Below, in pieces: positions 19,263 to 29,166 of a DNA stretch of 64,000 nucleotides. Under the pieces are notes generated by a model. That model saw only the letters and a list, made by a program, of their open reading frames with translations, ran no database searches and was not told the DNA's origin. The stretch is from an uncultured Gammaproteobacteria bacterium. Its GTDB lineage: Bacteria; Patescibacteriota; Patescibacteriia; SBBC01; CAIJZX01. Every line of letters begins with the position of its first letter. Positions within the stretch are counted from its first letter, which is position 1. The stretch covers positions 685-64,684 of the forward strand of contig CAYNGY010000005.1 of NCBI GenBank assembly GCA_964397195.1. The letters are read 5' to 3'. Both the position numbers and the translations under genes were made by a program.

Positions 19263-20129
19263 ATGATCCAAGAAAAACCCGCTCTCCGCATCCCCGCTAT
19301 CGCCGCCATCGGTAGTCAGATTGTAATAGGCCTGGCGGTGCTGTGGGGGCTCTACGCCGCCGTAAACGCCAGCTCGCTGTGGGGGATCCTGCTCGTTGTC
19401 GTCGGCATCCTCGATCTGATTGCCGTTGGGGGATATGTGATCGTCAGCCCGAATGATGCCTGGGTCCTGGTCTTTCTTGGAAAGTATATCGGCTCGGTCA
19501 AAGAAAGCGGTTTTTGGTGGACGAACCCGCTCGCCACGAAGCGCCGGCTGTCGTTGAAAGTTCGTAACTTTGAGAGCGGAAAACTGAAGGTCAACGATAA
19601 GGATGGGAACCCGATCGAAATTGCGGCCATCGTCGTTTGGAAAGTGATCGAAACGGCGGAGGCGGTCTTCAATGTCGAGTCATATGAGAACTACGTCCAA
19701 GTACAATCGGAAGCGGCGGTTCGAAATCTAGCCCAGACGTACCCGTATGATGCCCACGATGACGCCGTCGTCTCGCTTCGCGGCAACACCCAGGAAATTG
19801 CCGACAAAATGAAGGGTGAGGTGCAAAATCGGCTGGTGCAGGCCGGGGTTGACGTCGTCGAGGCGCGAATCTCGCACCTCGCCTACGCGCCGGAGATTGC
19901 CAGCGCCATGTTGCGCCGTCAGCAGGCGAACGCGATCATTGCCGCGCGGGCCCGAATTGTCGAGGGCGCGGTGAGCATGGTCGAGATGGCACTTGATACG
20001 CTCGAGAAGGGCGGTAAGGTCAAGCTTGATGAGGAACGAAAAGCGTCGATGGTGAGCAACCTTTTGGTCGTGCTTGTTTCCGACAAAGATGCACAGCCGA
20101 TCGTCAACACTGGCACCATCTATAGTTAA
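19263..20129 (+). CDS. SPFH/band-7 domain membrane protein
   Basis: KVNDKDGNPIEIAAIVVW, HLAYAPEIASAMLRRQQA, MVSNLLVVL. Confidence 0.95.
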   Translation: MIQEKPALRIPAIAAIGSQIVIGLAVLWGLYAAVNASSLWGILLVVVGILDLIAVGGYVIVSPNDAWVLVFLGKYIGSVKESGFWWTNPLATKRRLSLKVRNFESGKLKVNDKDGNPIEIAAIVVWKVIETAEAVFNVESYENYVQVQSEAAVRNLAQTYPYDAHDDAVVSLRGNTQEIADKMKGEVQNRLVQAGVDVVEARISHLAYAPEIASAMLRRQQANAIIAARARIVEGAVSMVEMALDTLEKGGKVKLDEERKASMVSNLLVVLVSDKDAQPIVNTGTIYS

Positions 20130-20146
20130 CGCTCCGTCCTCGCCCC

Positions 20147-20323
20147 ATGCCTGAGCACGGACCAAAGTCGTTTCTCTTGCGCATCGACCCACACACCTTT
20201 CGCGCGCTCCAGCGATGGGCGGATGATGACTTGCGCAGTTTGAACGGCCAGATCGAGTTTCTTATTCGTGAGGCGCTGCGAAAAAATGGACGCCTCCCGA
20301 AACCGCGACCCGAGGACCGTTAA
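20147..20323 (+). CDS. Arc-family ribbon-helix-helix protein (58 aa), not in the ORF track
   Basis: MPEHGPKSFLLRIDPHTFRALQRWADDDLRSLNGQIEFLIREAL...; typical partner of this SPFH subfamily. Confidence 0.9.
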   Translation: MPEHGPKSFLLRIDPHTFRALQRWADDDLRSLNGQIEFLIREALRKNGRLPKPRPEDR

Positions 20324-20331
20324 TCTCGCAC

Positions 20332-21528
20332 ATGAAGCCCGCCTTAAACATTTTGCCGCCCGGGCACCCGCATTCATCCCGCCGAACCGCCGCTCAGAAA
20401 AAGAAGCATCGGCGCTGGCCGTGGTGGAGGGTGACTTTGCTCGTCTTTGGATTAGGCGTTTTCGGATATATCGCCGCGTCCGCTGCCGTTTTCTTTGCGG
20501 TGAAGTGGCACGTGACTGATGAGGTCGGCGCCGTTGATCCGTTGACTGACCGATATACCGCCTTGGCCGCCGACGCTACCGGGCTCTCATTACCAGAAAT
20601 ACCGGACAAGGCCGACCTCGCGGCACGGGCGGCAGAGCGCCAGGTTGTCTGCGAAGTTGATGTGCTGCGTCGGGTGGCGCCCGTCAATGGCCTCCTGCTC
20701 GATGCAGCGCAAACACGTGGGGCTAGCCCGGCGACCATGAAACGGATGACGTTCGCGGCGTCACTGCGCTTACCGCACGACAGCCCGGCGGCAGTCGCGT
20801 TTTCATCATGTGCGATCGCGGACTATTATCCGCCCGCCCTTGCCGTCGTCACCACGAAGAACCTTTACCCGTGGGCGCGCGCTGAGGAATGGGAAATTAT
20901 TTCTGCGGCCTTTACGAAAGATCGTTCGACCATCGACCGCGTCAGCCGTGAAACGGGTGTGCCGGCGCGCCTGATTGTCTCGGTCGCCGCCGTAGAACAA
21001 CTCCGGCTCTACTTCACTCAGCGCGAGTTATTCGAGAAGTTCTTTCGGCCGCTCAAGATTCTCGGGAATGCGACGCAGTTTGCGTGGGGGATTATGTCTA
21101 TTAAGGAGGCGACCGCGATTGATATTGAGCGTCATGCAAATTCGCCACGGAGTTCGTTGTATCCGGGTCCGGGATTTTCCGCACTGCTGGCCCTGCCAAC
21201 AAAAGACACCGAAAAAGTGCGCTTCGCCCGCCTGACGAACGAGAAGGACCATTATTATTCCTACCTGTACGGGGCGACGGAGCTACAGGAATTTATGGCG
21301 CAGTGGCAACGAGCGGGATTTTCGATCGAATCCCGACCGGAAATTCTGGCCACCCTTTTTAACATCGGCTTTAGTCGATCGAAACCATCCGCGACGCCAA
21401 ACGTCGGCGGGTCGACTATGACCATCGCCGACACCGAGTATACCTTCGGCGGTTTGGCCTTCGAACTGTTCTATTCCGGCGAACTGCTAACGGATTTTCC
21501 GCCCGTCTCACCGGTGGCCAGTCAATAA
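20332..21528 (+). CDS. membrane-anchored protein with DUF1402/lysozyme-like C-terminal domain
   Basis: One TM; VEQLR, GIMSIK, SYLYGA and RPEILATLFNIG resemble lysozyme-like fold motifs. Confidence 0.65.
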   Translation: MKPALNILPPGHPHSSRRTAAQKKKHRRWPWWRVTLLVFGLGVFGYIAASAAVFFAVKWHVTDEVGAVDPLTDRYTALAADATGLSLPEIPDKADLAARAAERQVVCEVDVLRRVAPVNGLLLDAAQTRGASPATMKRMTFAASLRLPHDSPAAVAFSSCAIADYYPPALAVVTTKNLYPWARAEEWEIISAAFTKDRSTIDRVSRETGVPARLIVSVAAVEQLRLYFTQRELFEKFFRPLKILGNATQFAWGIMSIKEATAIDIERHANSPRSSLYPGPGFSALLALPTKDTEKVRFARLTNEKDHYYSYLYGATELQEFMAQWQRAGFSIESRPEILATLFNIGFSRSKPSATPNVGGSTMTIADTEYTFGGLAFELFYSGELLTDFPPVSPVASQ

Positions 21529-21541
21529 TACCTGGGCCGCA

Positions 21542-22033
21542 CTAGAGATTCGTGATTCCGAAGTTCGTGTTAATGGTTGTGCCGCCGCTATTCGCCATCA
21601 AGAACATGGCGGCCAGCACGCCCAGACCAAATGAAACGACGAGGAGCACGATAGCTGCCACTGCCCACGCGTGCTGTGACTTTTTGAATTCTTCAACGCT
21701 CGACCACTGGCCGGCGCGCCAAGCCCACTCGTTTCCTTTTATCCCAAGGACAATCCACCAGATACCGCCAACCACCGGCACGAAGCAGAGGAGTGAAATC
21801 CAGACACGAAATCGAATTCCCCAAATCCATGTTAAGAAGGCGGCGCCCCAGTTCCAGCCGTGAATTTCCGGCGGGACGGCCGTTGTCGAGGCCATAGATG
21901 GCGTGCCTGATAGCGCGGCGTCGACGTCGCTAACTTGCCAGCCCTGCGAAACAAGCGCTTGTTTCGTTTGATCGTCAGGGAAACCGCGAGCCCGTTGATC
22001 GGCGATATAATCGAGGAGTTGCTGTGTCACCAT
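21542..22033 (-). CDS. membrane protein with WNWGA motif
   Basis: N-terminal helical module, then WNWGAAFLTWIWG...KGNEWAW. Confidence 0.8.
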   Translation of the reverse strand: MVTQQLLDYIADQRARGFPDDQTKQALVSQGWQVSDVDAALSGTPSMASTTAVPPEIHGWNWGAAFLTWIWGIRFRVWISLLCFVPVVGGIWWIVLGIKGNEWAWRAGQWSSVEEFKKSQHAWAVAAIVLLVVSFGLGVLAAMFLMANSGGTTINTNFGITNL

Positions 22034-22115
22034 AGGTGGGTTTTTAATAATGGACGATATAATGGTACCGCATTCTTTAGGCGGCGTCACGAGCTCGTGT
22101 GGTACAATGCGTCAT

Positions 22116-23144
22116 ATGCGTATTCTCGGGATCGAAACGAGTTGTGATGACACCGCGATCGGTATTGTCACCGTGACAAATGGTTCGGTAACCATTGAAT
22201 CACAAATCACGGCATCGCAGGCCCTCATCCATCGAAAGTACGGCGGCGTTGTGCCGGAAGTGGCTGCACGGGAGCACGCGCTGACGATTATCCCGACCAT
22301 CCACGCGGCACTGGCCGCGGCCAAGACTGACTGGCAGGAAATAGATGCCCTGGCCGTGACCGCCGGGCCCGGCTTGAGTACTGCGCTTAATGTTGGAGTT
22401 GAGGCGGGACGCGCGTTGGCCTACGCGCTCAAAAAACCGATTGTGGCGGTGAACCACATCGAGGGCCACCTCCTAAGCCCGTGGGCGGACGCGGCCATGC
22501 GGACCGCCGCCTATCCGATGGTGGCGCTCATTGTTTCCGGTGGACACACCGAGCTGATACTGGTGACCCGTCCCGGCGTCTACCAATTACTCGGGAAGAC
22601 GATCGATGATGCCGTCGGCGAGGCGTTTGATAAGGTCGCTAAAGTGCTCGGTCTCCCGTATCCCGGCGGTCCGGAAATCTCTCGGCAGGCAAAGAAGGGC
22701 CATGACGCCCGCTTTCGATTTCCGCGCTCTATGCTCGGTCGTGACTCGCTTGATTTTTCCTACGCCGGGCTTAAGACGTCTGTACTCTATGAATACCGGC
22801 GCCATGCGCGGGTGGGCGCCGCCATGCGCGCCGATATGGCCGCTAGCTTCCAGCGCGCCGCGATCGACCCGCTGGTTGAAAAAACTCGGCGGGCGATATT
22901 GCGCACAAAAGCGAGAACGCTGCTCTTGGCCGGTGGCGTCGCGGCGAATGGATTACTGCGCGACGACTTGGCCGCACTTGTCGCCCATGATTTCCCGAAG
23001 GCGCTGCTCGTCCGGGCCCCGATCGGCCTCTGCGCCGATAATGGCGTCATGATCGCTATTGCTGGGTCGTTTCATGCCGAGCGCGGAGCCTACACCCACT
23101 GGCGCGACCTACGCGCTGACCCAGGCTGGGAACTTGTCCGCTAG
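22116..23144 (+). CDS. tsaD: t6A threonylcarbamoyltransferase TsaD
   Basis: ILGIETSCDDT, YGGVVPEVAAREH, NHIEGH, VSGGHT, DNGVMIA. Confidence 0.98.
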   Translation: MRILGIETSCDDTAIGIVTVTNGSVTIESQITASQALIHRKYGGVVPEVAAREHALTIIPTIHAALAAAKTDWQEIDALAVTAGPGLSTALNVGVEAGRALAYALKKPIVAVNHIEGHLLSPWADAAMRTAAYPMVALIVSGGHTELILVTRPGVYQLLGKTIDDAVGEAFDKVAKVLGLPYPGGPEISRQAKKGHDARFRFPRSMLGRDSLDFSYAGLKTSVLYEYRRHARVGAAMRADMAASFQRAAIDPLVEKTRRAILRTKARTLLLAGGVAANGLLRDDLAALVAHDFPKALLVRAPIGLCADNGVMIAIAGSFHAERGAYTHWRDLRADPGWELVR

Positions 23145-23155
23145 GCCTGGTGCGC

Positions 23156-23322
23156 TTGACGGTGGGCGCGTTTTTTCGTAGGCTAGTAACAGATACGCGA
23201 CGATCCTAGATTTATGTCACTAGGGGAGCGTGGGCAGAAACGTCGCCTCCGACGCGTAGATCCCATCATACGAGCGTCCCGACTCACGGGAAAATCAGGT
23301 GGTACCACCCGGCAGGGTCCTG
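23156..23322 (+). ncRNA. promoter plus T-box riboswitch (Val) upstream of valS
   Basis: TTGACG-17 bp-TAGGCT; antiterminator CAGG-TGGTACC-ACCC-GGCA-GGGT-CCTG at 23296-23322; candidate specifier GTA at 23256-23258. Confidence 0.8.
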
Positions 23323-23347
23323 AACACTCAGTGACCTATCATTCGTT

Positions 23348-25849
23348 ATGCCAGAGTCAACATCCGCCTATTCACCATCAAGCGTCGAACCGTCGATCTA
23401 CCAAAAATGGGAGGCGTCCGGTTTTTTTAATCCGGATCACTTGCCGGGAAGCCGTGGGAAGCCGTATGTCATTTCCATGCCGCCATCAAATATCACCGGC
23501 GAGCTCCATCTTGGACACGCCCTTGGCTTTACCGTTCAGGACCTCCTCATCCGTTTCCACCGAATGCGTGGGCGGCGAACGCTGTGGCTGCCAGGAACCG
23601 ACCACGCCGCCATTGCTACACAGGTTGTGGTCGAGCGCGAACTAAAAAAAGAGGGCATTGACCGAGTCGAGCTGGGTCGGGAGAGGTTTCTGGAGCGTGT
23701 GTGGTCGTGGAAGGAGCAGTACGGCTCACGCATTAATATTCAGACACGGCGCCTCGGTGCGTCGGCCGATTGGAGCCGCGAACGATTTACGATGGACGAC
23801 GGTTTAACGGCGGCCGTGCAAGAGGCCTTCATCCGCCTGTATGAAGACGGACTTATTTACCGCGGCAAGCGTATCGTGAACTGGTGTCCCGGTTGCCACA
23901 CCGCCATCTCCGATCTCGAGGTTGATCACGACCAGGTCCCGGGCCACTTGTGGCACCTTCGGTATGATGTTGTTGGGGGCGGATCCATCGTCGTGGCTAC
24001 CACTCGTCCGGAGACGATGCTCGGTGATACCGCTATCGCCGTCCATCCGGCCGATGAGCGCTACGCGTCACTCGTTGGCGCTCGAGTGCGACTTCCGATC
24101 GTCGACCGCGAGATTCCAATTATCGCCGATCATCGGATTGACCGGGCTTTTGGGACCGGCGCCGTAAAAGTAACGCCCGCCCATGACCCGCTCGACTATG
24201 AGCTCGGTCAAACACACCACCTCGATTCCATCAGCATCATCGGGGAAGATGGCCGCATCCACCTCCCGGGCACCGAGTTTGACGGCCAGGGCGTCCAACG
24301 GGCCCGAGAGCGACTCGTGGAGCGCGCCACCGCCGAAGGCTGGCTCATCCGACAAGAAAACTATGTCCACGCCGTTTCTGTTTGTTCCCGCTCAAAAGAC
24401 ATCATTGAGCCACTCCTCTCGATGCAATGGTTTGTGAAGACGAAGCCGTTGGCGGAGAAGGCCTTAGCGGCCGTGCGGTCAGGAAAAACGAAGATCGTGC
24501 CGGAACGATATACCAAGATGTACTACCAATGGCTTGAAAACATCCGCGACTGGAATATTTCTCGCCAAATTTGGTGGGGCCATCGACTCCCGGTTTGGTA
24601 TCACGGCACCGGCGCGAACCAAGAGGTTCGGGTGTCACGGACGAGTCCCGGGAAAGGCTGGCGTCAAGATGAGGATACCCTTGATACGTGGTTTTCTTCC
24701 GGCCTCTGGACGTTTTCAACGCTTGGGTGGCCAGATCGAACGGCCGACTTACGACGCTACCACCCGACGGATGTCCTGGAGACTGCTTGGGATATTCTTT
24801 TCTTTTGGGTGGCGCGAATGATGATGATGTCGCTGTACTTAAAAAAGGAGGTCCCGTTCCGCACGGTTTATCTCCACGGCCTGATTCTTGACCGGCACGG
24901 GAAAAAGATGTCTCGTTCGAAGGGGAATGGTATCGATCCGGTTGGGATGATTGAGAAATACGGTGCGGATGCCCTTCGGTTGAGCGTGGTCATTGGGAAC
25001 GCGCCAGGACAAGACTTCCGCATGTACGAAGAAAAGATTGCTGGCTACAGAAACTTCGTGAATAAGCTTTGGAACGTCGGGCGGTTTGTCCAACAACAGC
25101 CCGTCGGTCAGGGCGGGATCAAGCCGTCCTCCGCCGCCGACCACTGGATCCTCTCCCGCCTGGCCACCGTTATCGACCGGGTCACTGCCGCGGTCGAGGG
25201 CTACCAGTTTTCGGTGGCCGGTCAGACGCTCTATGACTTCGTCTGGCACGATCTTGCCGACTGGTACGTTGAGTGGACGAAGTTTTCCCCTAACCCGGCC
25301 GTTCTTCGTCATGTATACCTAACAACGCTGAAGTTGCTCCACCCATTTATTCCTTTTGTGACCGAGCAATTATGGTCCGACCTAGGCGGCTCCGGCCTCC
25401 TGCTAATTGCCGCTTGGCCGCTGCGAGCTCGATCTGGGCGACTCGGGGCGACCTTTGTGCGTCACCAACATATTATCGGGCGGTTGCGGATTTTCCGCGC
25501 GCACACCGACCTGGCGGATGCTATTGGCGAAGTGGTGGCCGACGCCGATGATGTTGCTGCGTGGCAAGCCTTATCGCGCGTAAAGCTGCGACCGGTCGAA
25601 CGACTTGCCGTTGGCGGGGGATGTCAATCTGTTGATTTGGCCGGCGTCTCGTTCTCATTTCCTCGGGCTGTTGTCGAGCGATTCGAGGGGTGGCGAGAAA
25701 AAGAGCGCGAGCGACTGCGGACCTATGTCGCCCAAATTACCAAGAAGCTCACGACCGGCGATTTCGCCGAACACGCGCCCGCTGGTGTGGTCGCCGGGGA
25801 GCGCGAAAAGCTCGCGGCGGCTGAGCACGACCTGCGAGCGCTAGAGTAG
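23348..25849 (+). CDS. valS: valine--tRNA ligase
   Basis: HLGH, DHAAIATQ, ATTRPET, WNISRQIWWGH, DTWFSS, KMSRS. Confidence 0.98.
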   Translation: MPESTSAYSPSSVEPSIYQKWEASGFFNPDHLPGSRGKPYVISMPPSNITGELHLGHALGFTVQDLLIRFHRMRGRRTLWLPGTDHAAIATQVVVERELKKEGIDRVELGRERFLERVWSWKEQYGSRINIQTRRLGASADWSRERFTMDDGLTAAVQEAFIRLYEDGLIYRGKRIVNWCPGCHTAISDLEVDHDQVPGHLWHLRYDVVGGGSIVVATTRPETMLGDTAIAVHPADERYASLVGARVRLPIVDREIPIIADHRIDRAFGTGAVKVTPAHDPLDYELGQTHHLDSISIIGEDGRIHLPGTEFDGQGVQRARERLVERATAEGWLIRQENYVHAVSVCSRSKDIIEPLLSMQWFVKTKPLAEKALAAVRSGKTKIVPERYTKMYYQWLENIRDWNISRQIWWGHRLPVWYHGTGANQEVRVSRTSPGKGWRQDEDTLDTWFSSGLWTFSTLGWPDRTADLRRYHPTDVLETAWDILFFWVARMMMMSLYLKKEVPFRTVYLHGLILDRHGKKMSRSKGNGIDPVGMIEKYGADALRLSVVIGNAPGQDFRMYEEKIAGYRNFVNKLWNVGRFVQQQPVGQGGIKPSSAADHWILSRLATVIDRVTAAVEGYQFSVAGQTLYDFVWHDLADWYVEWTKFSPNPAVLRHVYLTTLKLLHPFIPFVTEQLWSDLGGSGLLLIAAWPLRARSGRLGATFVRHQHIIGRLRIFRAHTDLADAIGEVVADADDVAAWQALSRVKLRPVERLAVGGGCQSVDLAGVSFSFPRAVVERFEGWREKERERLRTYVAQITKKLTTGDFAEHAPAGVVAGEREKLAAAEHDLRALE

Positions 25850-25850
25850 A

Positions 25851-27539
25851 TTACTGTGCGACGCGGAAAACTTCGTCCACGCTCGTCAGTCCGTCTAGAG
25901 CCTTGAGGATTCCGTCTTGGACCATGGTTAACATGCCCTGCTGTTCGGCGATCTGGCGAACTTGGAACTCACTAACCGCGCCCGTCAAAATGAGCTTCTC
26001 CACATCAGCGTCAACGACCAGAACTTCAAATATGCCGATCCGGCCACGGTACCCGGTACCATGGCATGCCTCACACCCAACCGCCGCTCTCACGCCCTGA
26101 ATGCGGGCCGGGTCTGGGCGCTCTTGCGCGGACGCCGGAACGGCGGCGAGAACTGTTTGGATTTTTTGACTCGTGGCCGCATCGGGCGCCCGCGTCTTCG
26201 CGCAGGCCGTACAGAGTTTTCGGACCAGTCGTTGTGCAACGACGACGTTCAGGGCGGGGGCGAGCAGGTATGGCTTGGTGCCCATCGACAAAAACCGCGG
26301 CACCGCCCCGGCCGCATCGTTGGTATGAATCGTGGAAAGCACGAGGTGGCCGGTCAAGGCGGCCTGAACGGACGTTTCGGCGGTCTCGAGGTCACGAATT
26401 TCACCGACCATAATAATGTCTGGGTCCTGACGGAGAATGGATCGCAGTCCGGTGGCAAACGTATACCCCTTTGCCCAATCAACCTGGCTCTGGTTAATTC
26501 CTTCGAGCTTATATTCGATTGGGTCCTCGAGGGTGATGATCTTTGTTTCTGGAGAGTTCAGTTGTCGCATCACCGCGTAGAGCGTGGTAGTTTTCCCGGA
26601 TCCGGTCGGACCGGTGATGACCACCATGCCATTTGGTTTTTGGATGGCTTCTTCGAGGCGTTTTTGGGCCAGCCCGCGTAAGCCTAGATCGCTAAAACGG
26701 ACCGTGGTGGCCGAGGACCTGAGGAGCCGCATCACCACGCTTTCCCCAAAAGCGGTTGGTAGCGTTGAAACGCGAATGTCCACTTTCTCCTCGGGGAGGA
26801 AGATGGTGACCCGCCCGTCCTGGGGCATGGCCGTAACGTTGAGCTTGAGTCGAGCCAACAACTTGATACGCGCGACGATTCGTGGCCACCGTTCGGTCGG
26901 AAGCGTCGCGACCGGTGTTAGAACGCCATCAAGGCGTAGTCGGACGCGGACTCCGTCCGCCTCGGCCTCGACATGGATATCGGAGGCGTCGGCTGATAAG
27001 GCGGCGGCAATAAGAACAATGAAGGTGTCGGTGATACTTGCGTTCTGAACCTGGTTATCAAGGTGACGAACGTCGGTGATGTTTTTTTGTTGGCGAAGAA
27101 TGTCCTCGGTGGTTAGACGTAATTCGTCAGCCTGGGGGATTATTTTCGGCAGCCGGTCATACATTCGAACGGCCGTCTCGTAGCTGTGTTGGGAGATAAG
27201 ATATATCTCGACGTTGGCGTGATACTTGCGACGGATTTCTTCGATGGCGCTGGGTAATTCCAGGACGGCCGCGTCAACCACGCCAACACGAATCTCGGTC
27301 GACGTTTTTAGAAAACAGATGGCCCGCAGCTGTTCGGCAACGGCCCGCGGAACGATAGAGATGGTTTCTGGGCCAATTGGAAAGCCGACAAGATTGATAT
27401 ACCCAAAACCGATCGCATTCGCTCGCTGTTGTGTTTGGCGCTCGCTCTCGACGAGCGCAATCCGCTGCATATTGTCTTGGAAGGCGTCGGCGGTTGCTTG
27501 GTCGGCAAACTGTGGAGACGTCACGTGGTCTTTCGGCAT
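25851..27539 (-). CDS. GspE/PulE/PilB-family pilus assembly ATPase
   Basis: ASDIH, GPTGSGKTT, LEDPIE, LRQDPD, GHLVLSTIH and the Cys zinc motif. Confidence 0.95.
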   Translation of the reverse strand: MPKDHVTSPQFADQATADAFQDNMQRIALVESERQTQQRANAIGFGYINLVGFPIGPETISIVPRAVAEQLRAICFLKTSTEIRVGVVDAAVLELPSAIEEIRRKYHANVEIYLISQHSYETAVRMYDRLPKIIPQADELRLTTEDILRQQKNITDVRHLDNQVQNASITDTFIVLIAAALSADASDIHVEAEADGVRVRLRLDGVLTPVATLPTERWPRIVARIKLLARLKLNVTAMPQDGRVTIFLPEEKVDIRVSTLPTAFGESVVMRLLRSSATTVRFSDLGLRGLAQKRLEEAIQKPNGMVVITGPTGSGKTTTLYAVMRQLNSPETKIITLEDPIEYKLEGINQSQVDWAKGYTFATGLRSILRQDPDIIMVGEIRDLETAETSVQAALTGHLVLSTIHTNDAAGAVPRFLSMGTKPYLLAPALNVVVAQRLVRKLCTACAKTRAPDAATSQKIQTVLAAVPASAQERPDPARIQGVRAAVGCEACHGTGYRGRIGIFEVLVVDADVEKLILTGAVSEFQVRQIAEQQGMLTMVQDGILKALDGLTSVDEVFRVAQ

Positions 27540-27599
27540 GGTGAAGACAGTATACCAAAGCCGGGGCCATCTTGCCGAATGCTCGTCTTTTCAGCGCGC

Positions 27600-28700
27600 T
27601 TACTTGCCGGTTAACTGTTGAACAGCCCGCGCAATTGGCACATCAAGAACGCCGCGGAAGTACTGCTCAGAAATTGGTAAAAGCGCCGCTGGCAGCTTCA
27701 GGGTGGTGGGGTCGGTTGCGTAGAGGTGAACCTCTGTGCCCTCGTGGCGTTCAAGAAAGAGAATGACCGTCTTCATGTTCGAGGCGGTGGTCAGGAGCTC
27801 ATCGAGCGCACCGGCGGCTTCCTCGGTCGTTGCTCCGGTCAGTCGCATGTCTTCTTTGGTAATGACCGTCCACATCGTTCCGCGATCATCCGTTTTAATA
27901 TTCGAAAGCGCTCGTCCCCAGACCTTCAGTCCGGAGACTGTTTTGGTCTGATAGAGGTGCCGGACGATTTCTTCGCGTCGAGCGCCGGCCGAAATGAGGT
28001 GCGAGGCAACCGAAAGTGACCGGGGGGTGACGCCGGCGGATTGAAACCCGCGCGTCCGGGAGATGATGCCAGCCAACATGTTGGTGGCGACCTGTTCATC
28101 GATTTGATCTGGGGCCACGTGTTGGAAGAGCTCGAAAACAATTTCTGACGAGGAGCTGGCAACCACATCGATCAAGTTTACCTGCCCGTATCGCTGGTGT
28201 CCCGCGCGATGGTCGATGCTAATCGTCGGCGTCTGGTAAAAAAATTCGGCGTTGTTGCTGTACATGTCCCCAAGGTCGGCCAGCGCGGCCACCCCGATTA
28301 CGATGACGGCATCGTACGCGAAGGCGCCCGAGGACGTCGTAACGTCGCTCGATTCAAAGAACCCATTCTTTGGGTTCAAGTATATTCGTAGCTTCTCTCC
28401 CTCGACGTTGTAGCTGAGGGCGTCGATTTTTGTGCGCGACGTGTCGACGGTGATCACGAAATTCCTCAGGCTCGTGAGGTCTTGTTTCACCGATGCGGCC
28501 TGCGGCAGAAATCCATGCTGTGGGAGCAGTCGAAATCCGGGACTAACGAGGTGGGGCGACTTTTTGAGTCGCTCCAATACCATCATCGCCGCCAATCCGG
28601 CGGCCAGGGCGTCGGTGTCGGGATCGCGTGGTATGATGATAAGCGGCGATCGGCTGTCCTTAATGATACGGGCCGCGTCCGCCAAATTCGTTATAGCCAT
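27600..28700 (-). CDS. DHH/NrnA-like protein with degenerate catalytic motifs
   Basis: DPDTDA, SIDHR, SSSSEI and GIISRT correspond to DHH-family motifs. Confidence 0.8.
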   Translation of the reverse strand: MAITNLADAARIIKDSRSPLIIIPRDPDTDALAAGLAAMMVLERLKKSPHLVSPGFRLLPQHGFLPQAASVKQDLTSLRNFVITVDTSRTKIDALSYNVEGEKLRIYLNPKNGFFESSDVTTSSGAFAYDAVIVIGVAALADLGDMYSNNAEFFYQTPTISIDHRAGHQRYGQVNLIDVVASSSSEIVFELFQHVAPDQIDEQVATNMLAGIISRTRGFQSAGVTPRSLSVASHLISAGARREEIVRHLYQTKTVSGLKVWGRALSNIKTDDRGTMWTVITKEDMRLTGATTEEAAGALDELLTTASNMKTVILFLERHEGTEVHLYATDPTTLKLPAALLPISEQYFRGVLDVPIARAVQQLTGK

Positions 28701-29166
28701 GACATCAGTTCAATTGAACGCTGCATCATACCAAAAACGCCGGGGCGAGTCAACCGCCCCGACCGCCGCGGTCTTGGGACAGATAGTCCGGGGGGTTATT
28801 CGGGCCCACCCCGAAATCTCCACTTGGCTTTTCTCTGGCCCCCTGGGGGCGGGGAAATCAACCGCTGTCCGGGCGGTACTACGCGGCTTGGGAATCAAAA
28901 AACGTGTTCCCAGTCCAACGTTCACCCTCGTCCAATCGTATGCGCTGCCGCGCGGTGGAAAGCTTTACCATTTAGACGCCTATCGGGTCCGTGGTCCACA
29001 CGAATGGGGCGGGCTCGGGCTCGATGAGATCGTCGGGGCGCCCCAGTCGTTGGTGTGCGTCGAATGGCCCGAGCGCCTGCGGGGTTTCCGATGGGGTGCC
29101 CATGGCCACATTCGTATCTCCATGCTCCGTCGCGGCCGCCGGTGCCGCTGGGTCGTGTCTGACTAA
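28699..29166 (+). CDS. tsaE: t6A ATPase TsaE
   Basis: GPLGAGKS, SPTFTLVQSY, HLDAYR, VEWPE; start uncertain (ATG 28699 or TTG 28714). Confidence 0.92.
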   Translation: MTSVQLNAASYQKRRGESTAPTAAVLGQIVRGVIRAHPEISTWLFSGPLGAGKSTAVRAVLRGLGIKKRVPSPTFTLVQSYALPRGGKLYHLDAYRVRGPHEWGGLGLDEIVGAPQSLVCVEWPERLRGFRWGAHGHIRISMLRRGRRCRWVVSD

